A DNA stretch of 63,532 bases, counting the filler, from Octopus bimaculoides (lineage: Eukaryota): assembly GCF_001194135.2 (NCBI RefSeq). It is 5 parts of 4 records of this genome, joined end to end, with 100 filler letters (N's around TTAATTAATTAA, not from the genome) between each part and the next. Parts side by side here need not be neighbours in the genome. Positions count along the whole stretch, not along the records: positions 1 to 23,267 come from NC_068987.1; positions 23,368 to 32,139 come from NC_068991.1; 3 more parts are not named here. One strand, written 5' to 3'. A model generated the notes under the pieces. That model made no database searches and was not told where the DNA came from. It saw only the letters and a list, made by a program, of their open reading frames with translations. The position numbers were made by a program, and so were the translations under genes. Shown one piece after another: positions 11,352-24,810 of this stretch (the first letter of the stretch is position 1; the number at the start of each line of letters is the position of its first letter).

Positions 11352-11609
11352 CAGGGCTGGCCAACCTGAGGTCCGTAGTCCGCATGCGGCCCGCAGACTT
11401 TTATCTTGCGGCCCGTTTGATACTGTCTTGAAATGGGGGTTATATAAAAACGATAATATTTCATGTTGAATCAACGATCATTCATTCATTATTGTAATAA
11501 CAGCATGAGAAAGCAAAAATGCTTTCAATTCTGTCAGTATACAAACGTCCCTCAAAAGACTTTCTGTAATTAAAGTGGCCCTCAGTCTAATTCGAATTGG
11601 CCAGGCTTG
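11352..11609. mobile_element. hAT (Charlie-like) MITE, 258 bp
   Basis: TIRs CAGGGCTGGCCAA / TTGGCCAGGCTTG; 8-bp TSD GTCCTGAG (11344-11351) vs GTCTTGAG (11610-11617); subterminal CGGCCCG repeats. Confidence 0.85.
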
Positions 11610-11799
11610 GTCTTGAGGATGGAGAAAAATCTGCAGGCTTTCAGCAGAAATGTTTTATCCGTTAAACGAACAGTTGATGGCCGATATTGTCCGATCCCGA
11701 TGAGAGCAATAGCCGAACAGCTCAGTGGAGCTCTCCATTGTTAGATGTATGAGGACGTCAGGTAAAAGTCTTATAGTAAGAAGAAAAGGCAGCTGATGT

Positions 11800-12040
11800 C
11801 TGACTAGAGACAGTAGATCTATGTAAACATATGAACCACGGAGCCATGAAGCTCTCTCGCTCTCCAGACTTGATTCACTTCGACTGCAAAGAATAGGACT
11901 TCAAGGCAAAGTATTAACAAGTGTCACTGCGATATCAGACTTGGTGGAAGCAGCTGTTACGGATGTGATGGCCATGAGGTTTTAGCACAAAGACATTTCC
12001 ATAGCCATATAAAGACTATCCTTCATTGTGTGGACCATTG
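11800..12040 (+). pseudogene. Possible mariner/Tc1-superfamily C-terminal relic
   Basis: RSPDLIHFDC at ~11858-11887 resembles SPDLNPLDY; otherwise heavily decayed. Confidence 0.35.
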
Positions 12041-12449
12041 TTTTCCCATTTTTCGGTGAATAGCCGACAAATTCCTTCTAATTTCTTTCATTAAGGGTTT
12101 TCTCAAGCAGTAAAAATAACAATAATCACTGGATGGAATTTATGAACATTTAATGCAGCTACGCGCGTATCTACAAGTCACATGTTTCTTGAGGTCACAA
12201 TCCGTATTCCTGGGGTTGATGACAGGGTAGTCCGTAGTATCCGTGGGCATCCGGTAGATCATCTTCATGGATTCATTTCTTCAGGCGATATCACATTAAT
12301 GGATGTTTGTCAGAAGGATGTTTATCTTTTTAACCAGTGAGAGAAGGTTGGTTGAGTTATACTGACACATCTATCCATCCATCCATCCATCCATACATAC
12401 ATACATACATACATACATACATGCATATCGGAGATGAAGAAAAAGAAGA

Positions 12450-12735
12450 AAGCGAAGAGAAAAGAAGCCTTCTTTCTTCATTTTTCTTTATCTCTTTACT
12501 CCTTTTCTCCTGTCCTCTCTGTCGTAGTTTGATTAATCTATACCCGTCACATGTACTCCATTTGTTTCCGCTCACGGAATATCCCATACTCTGGGATATC
12601 ACAGAAACAGCTTTAAGACTTTGAATTTTTCCAATTATAATAACGTATATGAATTTGAGATGTCTTGCTTTAACGTTTGTTATACTTTTTAACAATTATA
12701 TATCCGCTATATTGGAAATCTACAATGGCTCCATA
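12450..12735 (+). mobile_element. PLE terminal-repeat copy (same family as 2160-2420) with a degenerate hammerhead
   Basis: Reverse-complement similarity to 2160-2420; hairpin ATATCCCA/TGGGATAT (12579-12599) followed by GAAACAGCT. Confidence 0.7.
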
Positions 12736-13011
12736 ACTTCCGTTACAGCGCTTACCCAGCATACCTAGTCGTGTAGATCACCTGTGAACCCAAACTACAT
12801 GTTTTGTGTGTATATATANNNNNNNNNNNNNNNNNNNNNNNNNNNNNNNNNNNNNNNNNNNNNNNNNNNNNNNNNNNNNNNNNNNNNNNNNNNNNNNNNN
12901 NNNNNNNNNNNNNNNNNNNNNNNNNNNNNNNNNNNNNNNNNNNNNNNNNNNNNNNNNNNNNNNNNNNNNNNNNNNNNNNNNNNNNNNNNNNNNNNNNNNN
13001 NNNNNNNNNNN

Positions 13012-13085
<74 letters not shown>

Positions 13086-13580
13086 GGTCCATAGATAGAG
13101 ATACATTAGAAGCACATAAACATCTATATAAACTCAGACATACATTCACATGCATATATGTGTGTATGTCTGTATGTGTGTATGTGCCTATGTGTTTTGT
13201 GTTTGTGTGTGTGTATGTTTCTGTGTCTATGTATTTGTATGTGTCTGAGCGCGCGCGCGTGTGAGTGCATGTTTGTGTGCGCGCATGTTTGTGTGCATTT
13301 ATGTAGATGTATATGCTTAGAAATATGGTACATATACCGTAAAATGCTATAAATTCAATTAATAATATGGGATACATGTAGATTTGAATAAATGTTTGAG
13401 CTCGTATCGCACGTATTTCGTAGTTTGTGTGGGACAGTAAATATATTCTCAGTTGGACTGTGCCTACGTGGTCCAGCAACTCCCCGTATGTAATAACACC
13501 CATACACGTACATACAGACATGCAGAAACGCACACAAACATATACCTATTTACTGCAGAATAGAGAATCGAAATTTAAAC

Positions 13581-13612
<32 letters not shown>

Positions 13613-14501
13613 NNNNNNNNNNNNNNNNNNNNNNNNNNNNNNNNNNNNNNNNNNNNNNNNNNNNNNNNNNNNNNNNNNNNNNNNNNNNNNNNNNNNNNNN
13701 NNNNNNNNNNNNNNNNNNNNNNNNNNNNNNNNNNNNNNNNNNNNNNNNNNNNNNNNNNNNNNNNNNNNNNNNNNNNNNNNNNNNNNNNNNNNNNNNNNNN
13801 NNNNNNNNNNNNNNNNNNNNNNNNNNNNNNNNNNNNNNNNNNNNNNNNNNNNNNNNNNNNNNNNNNNNNNNNNNNNNNNNNNNNNNNNNNNNNNNNNNNN
13901 NNNNNNNNNNNNNNNNNNNNNNNNNNNNNNNNNNNNNNNNNNNNNNNNNNNNNNNNNNNNNNNNNNNNNNNNNNNNNNNNNNNNNNNNNNNNNNNNNNNN
14001 NNNNNNNNNNNNNNNNNNNNNNNNNNNNNNNNNNNNNNNNNNNNNNNNNNNNNNNNNNNNNNNNNNNNNNNNNNNNNNNNNNNNNNNNNNNNNNNNNNNN
14101 NNNNNNNNNNNNNNNNNNNNNNNNNNNNNNNNNNNNNNNNNNNNNNNNNNNNNNNNNNNNNNNNNNNNNNNNNNNNNNNNNNNNNNNNNNNNNNNNNNNN
14201 NNNNNNNNNNNNNNNNNNNNNNNNNNNNNNNNNNNNNNNNNNNNNNNNNNNNNNNNNNNNNNNNNNNNNNNNNNNNNNNNNNNNNNNNNNNNNNNNNNNN
14301 NNNNNNNNNNNNNNNNNNNNNNNNNNNNNNNNNNNNNNNNNNNNNNNNNNNNNNNNNNNNNNNNNNNNNNNNNNNNNNNNNNNNNNNNNNNNNNNNNNNN
14401 NNNNNNNNNNNNNNNNNNNNNNNNNNNNNNNNNNNNNNNNNNNNNNNNNNNNNNNNNNNNNNNNNNNNNNNNNNNNNNNNNNNNNNNNNNNNNNNNNNNN
14501 N

Positions 14502-14547
<46 letters not shown>

Positions 14548-14793
14548 TGTGTGTGTGAGTGCATACACACACGCACACATATATATATGATAAGTATGTA
14601 TATGTACATATATATAAATATATATCTATCTATATATATGCATATATGTATATATATATATATATACAATATATATATGTGTTTGTGTGTGTGTGTGTGT
14701 GTATGTGTGTTTACACATACACGCACAAAATATGATAGATACATAAATAGATAGAAAACAAGGAAGTTATCAGTGGGAATCTTTGGGCAATGC

Positions 14794-14837
<44 letters not shown>

Positions 14838-14847
14838 NNNNNNNNNN

Positions 14848-14884
<37 letters not shown>

Positions 14885-15028
14885 ATGTAGTAGTAGTTGT
14901 AGTAGTAAGAGAAGGAGAAGGGAGGGAAGGAGGTGGAAGAGGCTGCTATATATATATTTATATTATATACATATGCGTATTTATGTGTGTCTACATATAC
15001 ATATGTATGTGTGTGCATATGTATGCAT

Positions 15029-15068
<40 letters not shown>

Positions 15069-15079
15069 ACATGTATGCA

Positions 15080-15129
<50 letters not shown>

Positions 15130-15719
15130 TGCATACATGTATACATACATACATACATACATGCATACACGAGTGTATACGTCTATATGTCTGTATGTCT
15201 ATAAAGAGTCAGACAGACATGCAGACATTGAATAAGAAAGCAAGAGAATGTGAGAAATAAAGAAAGCCGAGCAGGAATTGCATTGAGAATGGGGTGGGGG
15301 AATAGATGAGGAAGGCAGAGGGCGGTATAAACCCGACGAAGTGAAGTTTAAATAGGAATAGGAATAGCAAGGATTGGAAGGGGGAGGAAGACATATATGG
15401 AAGGAATGTGAAAGAGAAGAAAATGAGACTTGAAACCTGTCATGGTAGACAACGACCTCTGTGTTCTACGCAACTTGCGATATCTGCCATTACCAAGGAA
15501 TGAGCTTCTGACGTCAGCGGTTGCAGGTGCTTCTACGTCTTAGCAAGGAGAGTAATTACAATTGGGCGTCAATTTGCTGCGTAGACGAGGCGCTTGTGTG
15601 GCGTGGGGATTGTTCCGGGACGCGCACTGAGCGGCCCTTCTCTAATTAGTGTTCCCCGATAAGAAGAGACAAAGGGGGTAAAGGAAGTTGTAAACCGAAG
15701 AGAAGTGAATTAGCTTGGT

Positions 15720-15747
15720 AGACAGACAGTCAGACAGGCAGATAGAC

Positions 15748-15814
<67 letters not shown>

Positions 15815-15873
15815 CACATAAACCGGCCGAGAGATAGACCGTCAAGTAAATAGATAGATAGATAGATAGATAG

Positions 15874-15950
<77 letters not shown>

Positions 15951-15954
15951 AGGC

Positions 15955-16024
<70 letters not shown>

Positions 16025-16025
16025 G
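15720..16025. repeat. (AGAT)n/(TGAT)n/(AGAC)n tetranucleotide arrays
   Basis: Directly visible. Confidence 0.95.
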
Positions 16026-17629
16026 CAGCGTTGATATAAAAAGAGACAGCTGGATATTTGGGACAGTGACAGTACAAGGAACATTGTAGGTTATAGAAAG
16101 TCATAAAATCGAGAATGTAAATATACATACATATATATGTTTGTGGGAGGGGTGAGACAGAGAGAGATAATATATATAGAGAGAGCATGAATATTGAGAA
16201 GGTGACTTTACAATACTGAAAGATAAAAAAGAGAGATAATGAAAAATATGGTAGTTTAGCATGATAGTTTAGACAATAATACTGAAATGCTAGTAAGAAC
16301 GATACAAAGTGTTGGACAGAGGAAAACTGTCAACGAAGTGCGAGAGACGGATAAGTAGATGGATATGTTGAGAGAGAGAGAAAGGAAGAGAGAATAAAAA
16401 TAATTGAAAGGAAAAGAAACAGACATACGGGCTCGGAGAAACAATAATATAAAAAAGAATTGAAAAGTTTAGTCAGAGGAGAAGAGGGAGAGAGATAGAT
16501 GGCTGAGCGTATAACTGAAATAAAAGGACTGGGTTTAGCGAATGGGAAGAGAGAAAACGTCAGAAAGAAAGGAAAGTAAATTGCGGGGAAATAGTGAAAT
16601 AGCAATGGAGGTAGTGAGAGGTAGGGAAAGAGAAAGAGAGGTGGAATGAAGGAGGGAGAGTAAAAGGAGTAAATAGGTGTGAATGTAAGGGAAAGAAAAG
16701 TATGTTGATAGAATCGACTCTAATGAATGTAGTATTTCATTCATAAGAACCCGAGACATTTGTCAGATTCTTGAAGAGAAGAGGTGAGACATGGAGATAA
16801 AGAAAGGCAAAGAGAGAGGAGAAGAGACAGAGAGTGTAAAGGAGCGTAAGTAGAAAAAGGAAAGCGATGGGAAACAGAAACTAATGCCTGTAGAATATCG
16901 AAGAAATATTGTGTAGACAGTTTTGTGTGTGTGAGTGTGTGTGTATGTGTGAAAGGAAGGTGACTGTGGAAGTGGTGTTACTTGGAATTTAAGCAAAGTG
17001 CGAAATTCTCTGCTCAGCGTGTGTGTGTGTAGGGGCGGAGGTGTATGTATGTGCAAATGTTTATGTGTGTAAATATGTTTACGTGTGTGTCTGTCTGCGT
17101 TTGCATCAGTATATTGATGGTTTTTTTGTGTGTGCTTGTATGCGCTCGCACGTGTGTGAGTTGTAAGAGTATAGTGTTAGGAGTCCAAATAGAAAATGAA
17201 ACTAAGGGGAGAGTGAAGGAGAGAAAAGTGTAAAATGTACCATTTGCTTTAATTAACTGTTGTAATATTTGCTGTTGTTTGTGGATGTTAGCTCTTACTG
17301 CAGTTTAGCTCCAATTCCATTCTGATAGCGAAAATCCTACGATAATATGCGCTCCCTCCGTGACCATGCAGTCATTTGATATTGTTAAATACTATATTGT
17401 ATGCTGTGTGCATTACTTTAAGCTGATAGAATGTTTGATGAAAGATATTTTGGCTGGTATTTCTCTAGTTTTCTCAGCCTCATTGCTGTTCATAACAGCG
17501 TGGTGTTGATGGCTGCTAATTTGTAGCGTTACAAGAGAAACGTTGTATGATTATTCTTTTCTGTTGATGGTGTTGTAACTGTTATTTTCTCTCCCCAGAT
17601 CATTTCCGACTGAACATAGATATGATGAA

Positions 17630-18150
17630 AGACATCCTAATCATGACTTATGATGACAGGCATTTCACTTATGATTTATAAGTGACTATGCTTTATGATA
17701 ACTGGCAGACGTTCTATAATGATTTCTGATACATGACTATAATTTATGATAAACGACTGACGTCTCAGCCATGTTAAATAATAAATTACTTTAATCTATG
17801 ATAAATGACAGCCGTTCCAGTTATAATTTTATGATAAACGACTATCATTTATGATAAATTCCTACCGTATATGATAACTGACAGACGTTCCAGTTATGAT
17901 TTAGGATACATGACTATCATTTCTGACAAATGTCTACGATTTATGATAAATGGTAAACGTTCCAGTTATGACTTAGGATGTTCTATTTATAAATTATGAT
18001 ATCAGAAGTTCCAGGCATGGGTCTAGCACGTCTTATAACAGTCATTGCTTTTATGACTTATGATAAAAGACGTTCCAAGTATGACTTATGATTACAGACA
18101 CTCCATCGATGATTTATGATAACAGATATTCCAGACATGATTTATATGTA
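17630..18150. repeat. Degenerate two-module minisatellite
   Basis: Recurrent TTTATGATAAATGAC-like and AGACGTTCCAGTTATGA-like modules. Confidence 0.8.
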
Positions 18151-18473
18151 ACTTTCTCCAAATTTGATCCGTGAACAATGTTGATTAAACTACAGTAACC
18201 AATCTGTTATTTTCTATTTTAAGACAACATAATTATGATGTCATATATATTTGACTCCTATTGAGACCATTCTGGTTGTTGTTGATACCATGTTGTGATC
18301 GAAGTTGCTGGTGGTGGTATTAGTGTTAGTGTTTGTCTTCGGTATTTTCTTGGTTTTCGTACGTCGGTTAGAAAAATGTTTTGCTGTAGTTGTAACGCTT
18401 TGTTGTAGTTGTAATAGAGAGGCTTGTAGCACAAATAGTAGTCGCAGTCATAGTAGTTATTGTTTAATACAAG

Positions 18474-18559
<86 letters not shown>

Positions 18560-18605
18560 ATATAAATATATATATGTATGTATATCTATCTATGTGTGTG
18601 TGTGT

Positions 18606-18783
18606 GTGTCTTTGTGTCTATGTTTGTGCCCCACCATCACTTGGCGGTTCGGCATAACAGATCGATAGAATAATTACTAGGCTTACAAAGAATAAGTCTG
18701 TGGGGCGATTTCTTCGACTAAAGGCTATGCTCTAGCATGGCCGTTGTCAAATGACTGAAACGTGTAAAAGAGTAAAAGAGTAA
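18606..18783 (+). mobile_element. SINE family B 3' half
   Basis: GGCGGTTCGGC...ACTAGGCTTACAAAGAATAAGTC...CGACTAAAGG...AATGACTGAAAC...(TAAAAGAG)n. Confidence 0.85.
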
Positions 18784-18899
18784 TATATTCCTGCCCTGCC
18801 GGCATTTTAATGGCCGGAGGGCAGCGTTCCTTTCCTACATTTGCATTATTCTTCAAGCTGCAATCGAAAAGGTGAAAAGAAATTTTGCCGGAAAGAAAA

Positions 18900-19800
18900 T
18901 ATCCTGCATACATTTCGCTTGGTCACCTTTACTATACTATCGATTTCTCTATAGCCAATGGATACTGCAAAACTGCTCGCACATGCTTTTCAAAAGCAGA
19001 AGGCGATATTTACGATGCTTTACACATAGATGGGAAAATCGTACTGTGATGTTGCCATGACTATTTTTTTTAGCTTGAATCGAAAATTGTAACACACAAC
19101 TTGTTAGGACTGGAGTTTGGATGTTTAGACGTTGTCCTTTATTGCAGAGATGTGAGTTCTCGATAAGATACTGTTGAATTGATCGTCGATACGCAGTCAT
19201 TGCTGACTTTGGACATCTACTGGGACACTTTAGTATCGCATCGAATAATCCTGCAAATGACTTTCCATACATTCCACCGGTATATCTGGACAGTTCGTAG
19301 AGAGATTTTACGCATATGAAATTGTGTTCTACCGGTACCCAGACATCGCATATGATTATGTCTCTCTCAAAATAGTATGACATGCATAGCAAACCAAAAC
19401 TGCACTAGTTCTCAATCCGGAATTATTATCTTGTTTTCGCAGCCTTGGTGTATGCCTGCCAGTCGTTATTTACAGCATTCCGAAGTGTTCTTGCAGAGGA
19501 TGTAGAGCGAAGATGTATCTTCAGCTCAATGGGACCTTCTCCACCTACAGTTATGGAAATAATCTTATCTGAACAGAATCCGACCACTTTTGCCATAGTT
19601 GTTGTTATCTGCCATTCACAAAACTTTCTCTTTCTTGGTAATAATCAAAGAATGTTAAGATCTCCATTTCTAACCTTCTGCTTCCCACAGTTGAGTACAA
19701 TTTCGCTAAAAAATGTAGCTGGCAGTGGATTCCACCTACCCATTACTGTCCTTTATAAACCGTATTAAGAATTTCTTTTCAGAATTCGTCTGCGCTACCA
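18900..19800 (-). pseudogene. Possible hAT (Charlie/Buster-like) transposase relic
   Basis: Weak motifs in the expected order on the minus strand: FLIRFI, KIISITVGG (cf. KLISITTDGA), RWNVWKVICR (cf. RWLSRGKVL), QYPLAIEK. Each is individually weak. Confidence 0.3.
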
Positions 19801-20234
19801 TTACATGGATTTCTTTCTTTTCTTTTTTAACAGCATGCGTATGACTTGCATGACTCAAACATTTTGTTTTGTGTAGTGGAAATACTCTGTCTGCAACGCC
19901 TTTTATTTAGCATCCACGTTTTAGCTCAGTCTGCAAGATACTAGTACCTTAGTTAGTAGACGAAACCGGTTCTGCTTCTCATTCGCAAGATACACCAACA
20001 TTTATTTATACTTGTTCTCCGTGACTGAATTTCTTAACTACGACACAAGATCACAAATTTCGTAGGGAGGTAACATTCTATTTTCTAATCTCCAGAATTT
20101 GATTCGTTCTTATTTACAGATAGAAAATACACGAAAGACAAAGACGAACTGTGCGAAAATGATAATCAGTATGTAAAGCGGTGAAATTCTGTTATAGAAT
20201 TTGTCAATTTACGAAGTTTTAGGAGCAGAAAGGG

Positions 20235-20295
20235 GAGGATGACGAGGACGAGGAGGATGACGAGGACGAGGAGGATGACGAGGACGAGGAGGATG
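20235..20295. repeat. 18-bp tandem repeat GAGGATGACGAGGACGAG, about 3 copies
   Basis: Directly visible. Confidence 0.9.
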
Positions 20296-23226
20296 AGAAT
20301 GGGTGGGTTAATATATAAGAAATCAAAACGAAATAGAAATATATAAGAATTACTGATCTATTTTGAGATATTTTTATATTTATAGCACCATCTATAAGTT
20401 GAAATTGTACTTGTTGACGCATTTACAACGGATATTCTACGGATAAAGAAAAGAGATTAAAAGTCTCCAAAATTTTAACTTCATATTTTCTCTCCGTAAC
20501 TTGCTGACGCAAGTGCATGTAATGCAGTTGGATTCAACTTTCTTTTATTTTGTCTTCAGTAGAAGAAATTTATTTGTGTACTTCGTCGATATTCAGTTTC
20601 CAGAAATACAAGTATGTCCCGATATATATTCACTTCAATACCTTCAAACAGAGTTGTATTTTTTAAGTTCGATTTGAGTACATAATATACTAAAATACAT
20701 CACTTGAAACTCTTCACTGTGGAATAATCAGGTAGATTTTACGTAGAAATATATGTTAGAAGTGTGGTTAATGGAGCCTGTTCAAAATTATTTGGTTCTG
20801 ATTTCAACCTTATTAAGTGTGTTTTGAGCAAGGATTATTTACGCCTCGAGTCAACCAATTACGTTTCAGTGACTGTGGTAAATGGAAATTGACCTGAAGG
20901 TTATGGTGTTGCATTCATGAGATGGTTATTTCAGTTTTATGATTTACAACTGATGCAACATTTGATTTCCGCAGATGATGTAATACTTTTCATTTGTTCT
21001 TTATCACATGTATACAGAAATATGTAGCTATGGATATGTGTGTGTGCGCGCGTGTGAGTGTATGCATACGCACATATATGTGTATACATATGTATATGCA
21101 TACATATTTATAAACATTTATGTGTGTGTGTGAGTGTGTGTGTGTGCTGTGAGTGTGTGTATGTGTGTGTGCATACAAACATATGTACATGCATATATAT
21201 GGATACATATTTATAAATATTTATATGTGTGTGTTTATGTATATATATGTGTGTATGTGCTTATGTATATATATGTGTGTGTTTGTGTGTGTGCATCATT
21301 TAATGTACACAGTTAAACATACGTTATTTTAACAGTTTCTTTAAAGACATGATCTAGACAGGTTTTTATGGCATGCCTTGGGTTTCCAAGCAATTTCGAT
21401 CTCTGAGTACATGGTCTTTTCTATTTGCAAATCAAGACGCAGGTACAAGACAAATCACGAGAAAAAAATGTAGGTAGATGCAAAATATGGAAAGGTGAAT
21501 AAAAACAAAAAAAGAAGAAAAGGAAATTAGTAATATATGTCTTTTCGTCGTAAAGCTATAAGTAAGCTAATTGTAGTAGTTTCATAAAAAGGGGTCCAAC
21601 TGTTCAATCCGGAGATAGTGGTATCTTCCAAATCCATTAAAAGCAAATTGTCCATATGATTGCATTTCTTGCAAATTTCGGGTGTGAAATTCAGTAGTGC
21701 GTCGGAATTCTTAGAGTTAAAAAGAGTGTACTATATTTCAGCTACATATAAATTATATATTTTAGATGCATGTGACATGGATTTCTCTACGATTCTGCAC
21801 TTGATTGTATGTGGTTGGTTTTCAAACCTTTGTCATGGTTAGCAAACTTAGCGTTCTAATTTCTCTCGATGTGCCGGTAAAAAAAATAGGTGGTGAGTAC
21901 CTCGTATTCTCATACAGAGTATATTAAAATATGTTTATCTCTCTCGATACTTTTTCATGATCTTACATTAACGAAACGGTAAAATATGTATGCATGTATG
22001 CATATATTTATATGTATGTGCGTGTGCGTGTGTGTGAGTGTGTGTGTGTGTGTGTGTGTGAGTGTGTGTGTGTGTGTGTGTGCGTGTGTGTGTGTGTGTG
22101 TGTCTGTGTTTTGCTCTTTGAATTTTGATCTTTATTTGAACACCAGCTGACAAATGACATAGGTTTACTAATGTGCGTGTAACTTAGCGTTTCGACAAAA
22201 AAGAAACCGACAGTAGAACAAGACATACATAAGCAGAGGAGTCGATTTTCTCGAACACGTCAAGATAGTGCCCCACCATGTCTACACATCTCTGACTAAG
22301 ACCAGTGAATGCAAATATGCACATGCACATAAGTACGCACACAGACACACATACACACTTACACTTATACATACATGTGTGCGTATTTCAAAATAAAACT
22401 GGAAACAAGAAGAAGAAATTGTTGATGTCTGAGAAGAAGCATGCGGTAAGCGGATTAAGATGATAATGATGATGTCAATGTTAAGGACGCTGATTACAAT
22501 GACAGTGATGACAAATGTCCTCATGGTTCTTGATGGAAATAAAACAGTGACAAATTGTGGTAAGGTGCTCACGTGTAAAAGTGAAATTAAATGGCGGTGA
22601 CGTTAGTATATGTGGCAGATTTGCGTGGGTATGTAATTGCGCTGTGTGCGTACAACAAAAGAGTAAAAACAATAATAACATTAAAAAATGAATACAGATA
22701 TAAAACTTTCCGTATAGAAAAACAGTGCATAAAATAAAATGATAAGTAATTAAATAAATAAATGAATAAACATAAAAAAAAATCGTCACGAAACAAAAAA
22801 GAATCAAAAACAACATGTCAACAGACATTTGGGGTGTGAACATGCAATTGGAAATGGTAGGAGAGAAGAATTTGAGAAAAGATGACGAGTTGGAATTTTA
22901 TTCAGCCACTTAATTCTGAAAGTATGCCGGTGAGAAATGGTCGCTGTGTTTGCAGTCTGACATGTCTGGTGCCAAAAGTTTCAGAGTGACTTTTCGGTTC
23001 GACGGGGAGATATTTAGAGGAAAGGATAGAAGGGTGCTCCAACACAGAGAGGGGGGGGTTCCCCTCCCCAAACACAGACACATACGCATGTAGCAGTACA
23101 AATCTCTCTCTCTCTGCGTATACATATTTACATACATACATACATACTTACACACACACACATATATATATACACACACACATATACATATATATATATG
23201 TATATGTATATATGTATATATATACT

Positions 23227-23267
<41 letters not shown>

Positions 23268-23311
23268 NNNNNNNNNNNNNNNNNNNNNNNNNNNNNNNNN
23301 NNNNNNNNNNN

Positions 23312-23323
23312 TTAATTAATTAA
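23312..23323. other. Assembly spacer TTAATTAATTAA in a 100-bp placeholder gap (also at 32184-32195, 39379-39390, 57987-57998)
   Basis: Counted 44 N + 12-mer + 44 N at 23268-23367 and 32140-32239; the 12-mer is a six-frame stop linker. Confidence 0.95.
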
Positions 23324-24435
23324 NNNNNNNNNNNNNNNNNNNNNNNNNNNNNNNNNNNNNNNNNNNNACCACCACCAGCACCCCACCACCAACACCAGCA
23401 CCAGCACCAGCACCAACACCACCAGCATCACCACCACCACCAGCACCACCACCAGCACCACCACCAGCACCACCACCACAACCAGCACAATAACAACAAA
23501 AACAACAACATCACCAGCACCTATTGTGCATTACCACCACCATCATCACAACGAGTACCACCATCTAGTCAAATCCGAGGAACAGAGGCCATTACAATAC
23601 CAGTAGAAAAAGTATATAGAGAGGAGAAAGATTGCTGCGCATTTGGGCAAGAGGATGGTAAATGTCTGCTTGTGATTCATTGCCAAACAGTTGGATGTAG
23701 CCTACGTTTTCTGGGTGTAGCTTAACCCATTACCTACCAGTGATCTCATATGTGATCACTTAAAAATTACAAATTTCGTAATTATCTGTCAATATTGACA
23801 CATATCTAACCTTTTTGCTATATTTACTAGGTATATTTCTCTGATATTCAAATGAGTTTTGCTAATTTTTCACCCAGTATCTCGCTTATTTCTATTTAAA
23901 ATGCTATTTTGAAATATTATTTTGATCATTTCAGCGTGTTTCTAAGGCTGTTTTATGCTAGAAATCAAAGTTTCATAAAAAAAAATTCCAGTTAATAGAA
24001 TTATGGGAGGTAATGGGTTAAGTTATCTTTATTGTAACCTTGTAATTTCTAAAGTAGAGGCAATGATATGTGTTTCAATTTTAGTTGAATTCCCTTATCT
24101 TCATTTATTCTTCTGATATGATAACCTTAAGAAGGAAATAAACCTTGTATTTTCACTTTATGGCCCTCTCTCAAACTAAAAGAACTTCAGTGTTTAGCGT
24201 AAAATTAAAGAATAAAGAGTTAAAATGAGAGCAAAATAGAAAATATTCTCTACAAATACATAATAAAAAGCAAAAAAATTAAAATTACGGAGGGAAATTT
24301 GTTTAATCGATTAGTCTATAGTTCGTTTACCTCCATGTCTGAGATATAGTCACGTGACAGACAAAGTGACTCCATTTGTGAAAAGTGTCATTCTAGTTAA
24401 TGTCTAAATCCACGCCTCTCTGGAACAGGCGACAT

Positions 24436-24475
<40 letters not shown>

Positions 24476-24709
24476 CAAATGAAAGTCTAGTATTAACAGA
24501 ATCTTCTGCAGAAATACAGTTCAGTCGACAATTTTACCGAACCCATCACTTCAGGACACACCACAGCCTCTACGAATAACAAAAAATGGGTAAATGGGTA
24601 AATGAAGTGGGTAAAAAAGCAGCGAAAGATAAAAATTTTAAAACCCCCATAGATTCTAACGTATTCTTTCTCCTCCTCCTACTCTCTTTCTTTGTCTTGT
24701 TGTTACTGT

Positions 24710-24761
<52 letters not shown>

Positions 24762-24810
24762 CTTCTTCTTCTTCTTCTTCTTCTTCTTCTTCTTCTTCTT
24801 CTTCTTCTTC

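Noticed and set aside
12778-14744. ORFs of 100-450 aa spanning N runs (also at 25.4, 28.2, 33, 35.6, 48.7 and 58.7 kb)
   Set aside because: They are artefacts of N gaps and (TA)/(CA)/(CATA) repeats.
15430-15680. GC-richer segment as a regulatory island or ncRNA
   Set aside because: No second copy in the window and no recognisable motif; probably an unclassified repeat, but I cannot support a call.
23312-23323. Recurrent TTAATTAATTAA as a biological motif or piggyBac target
   Set aside because: It is centred in 44N+12+44N placeholder gaps where counted; it is an assembly linker.
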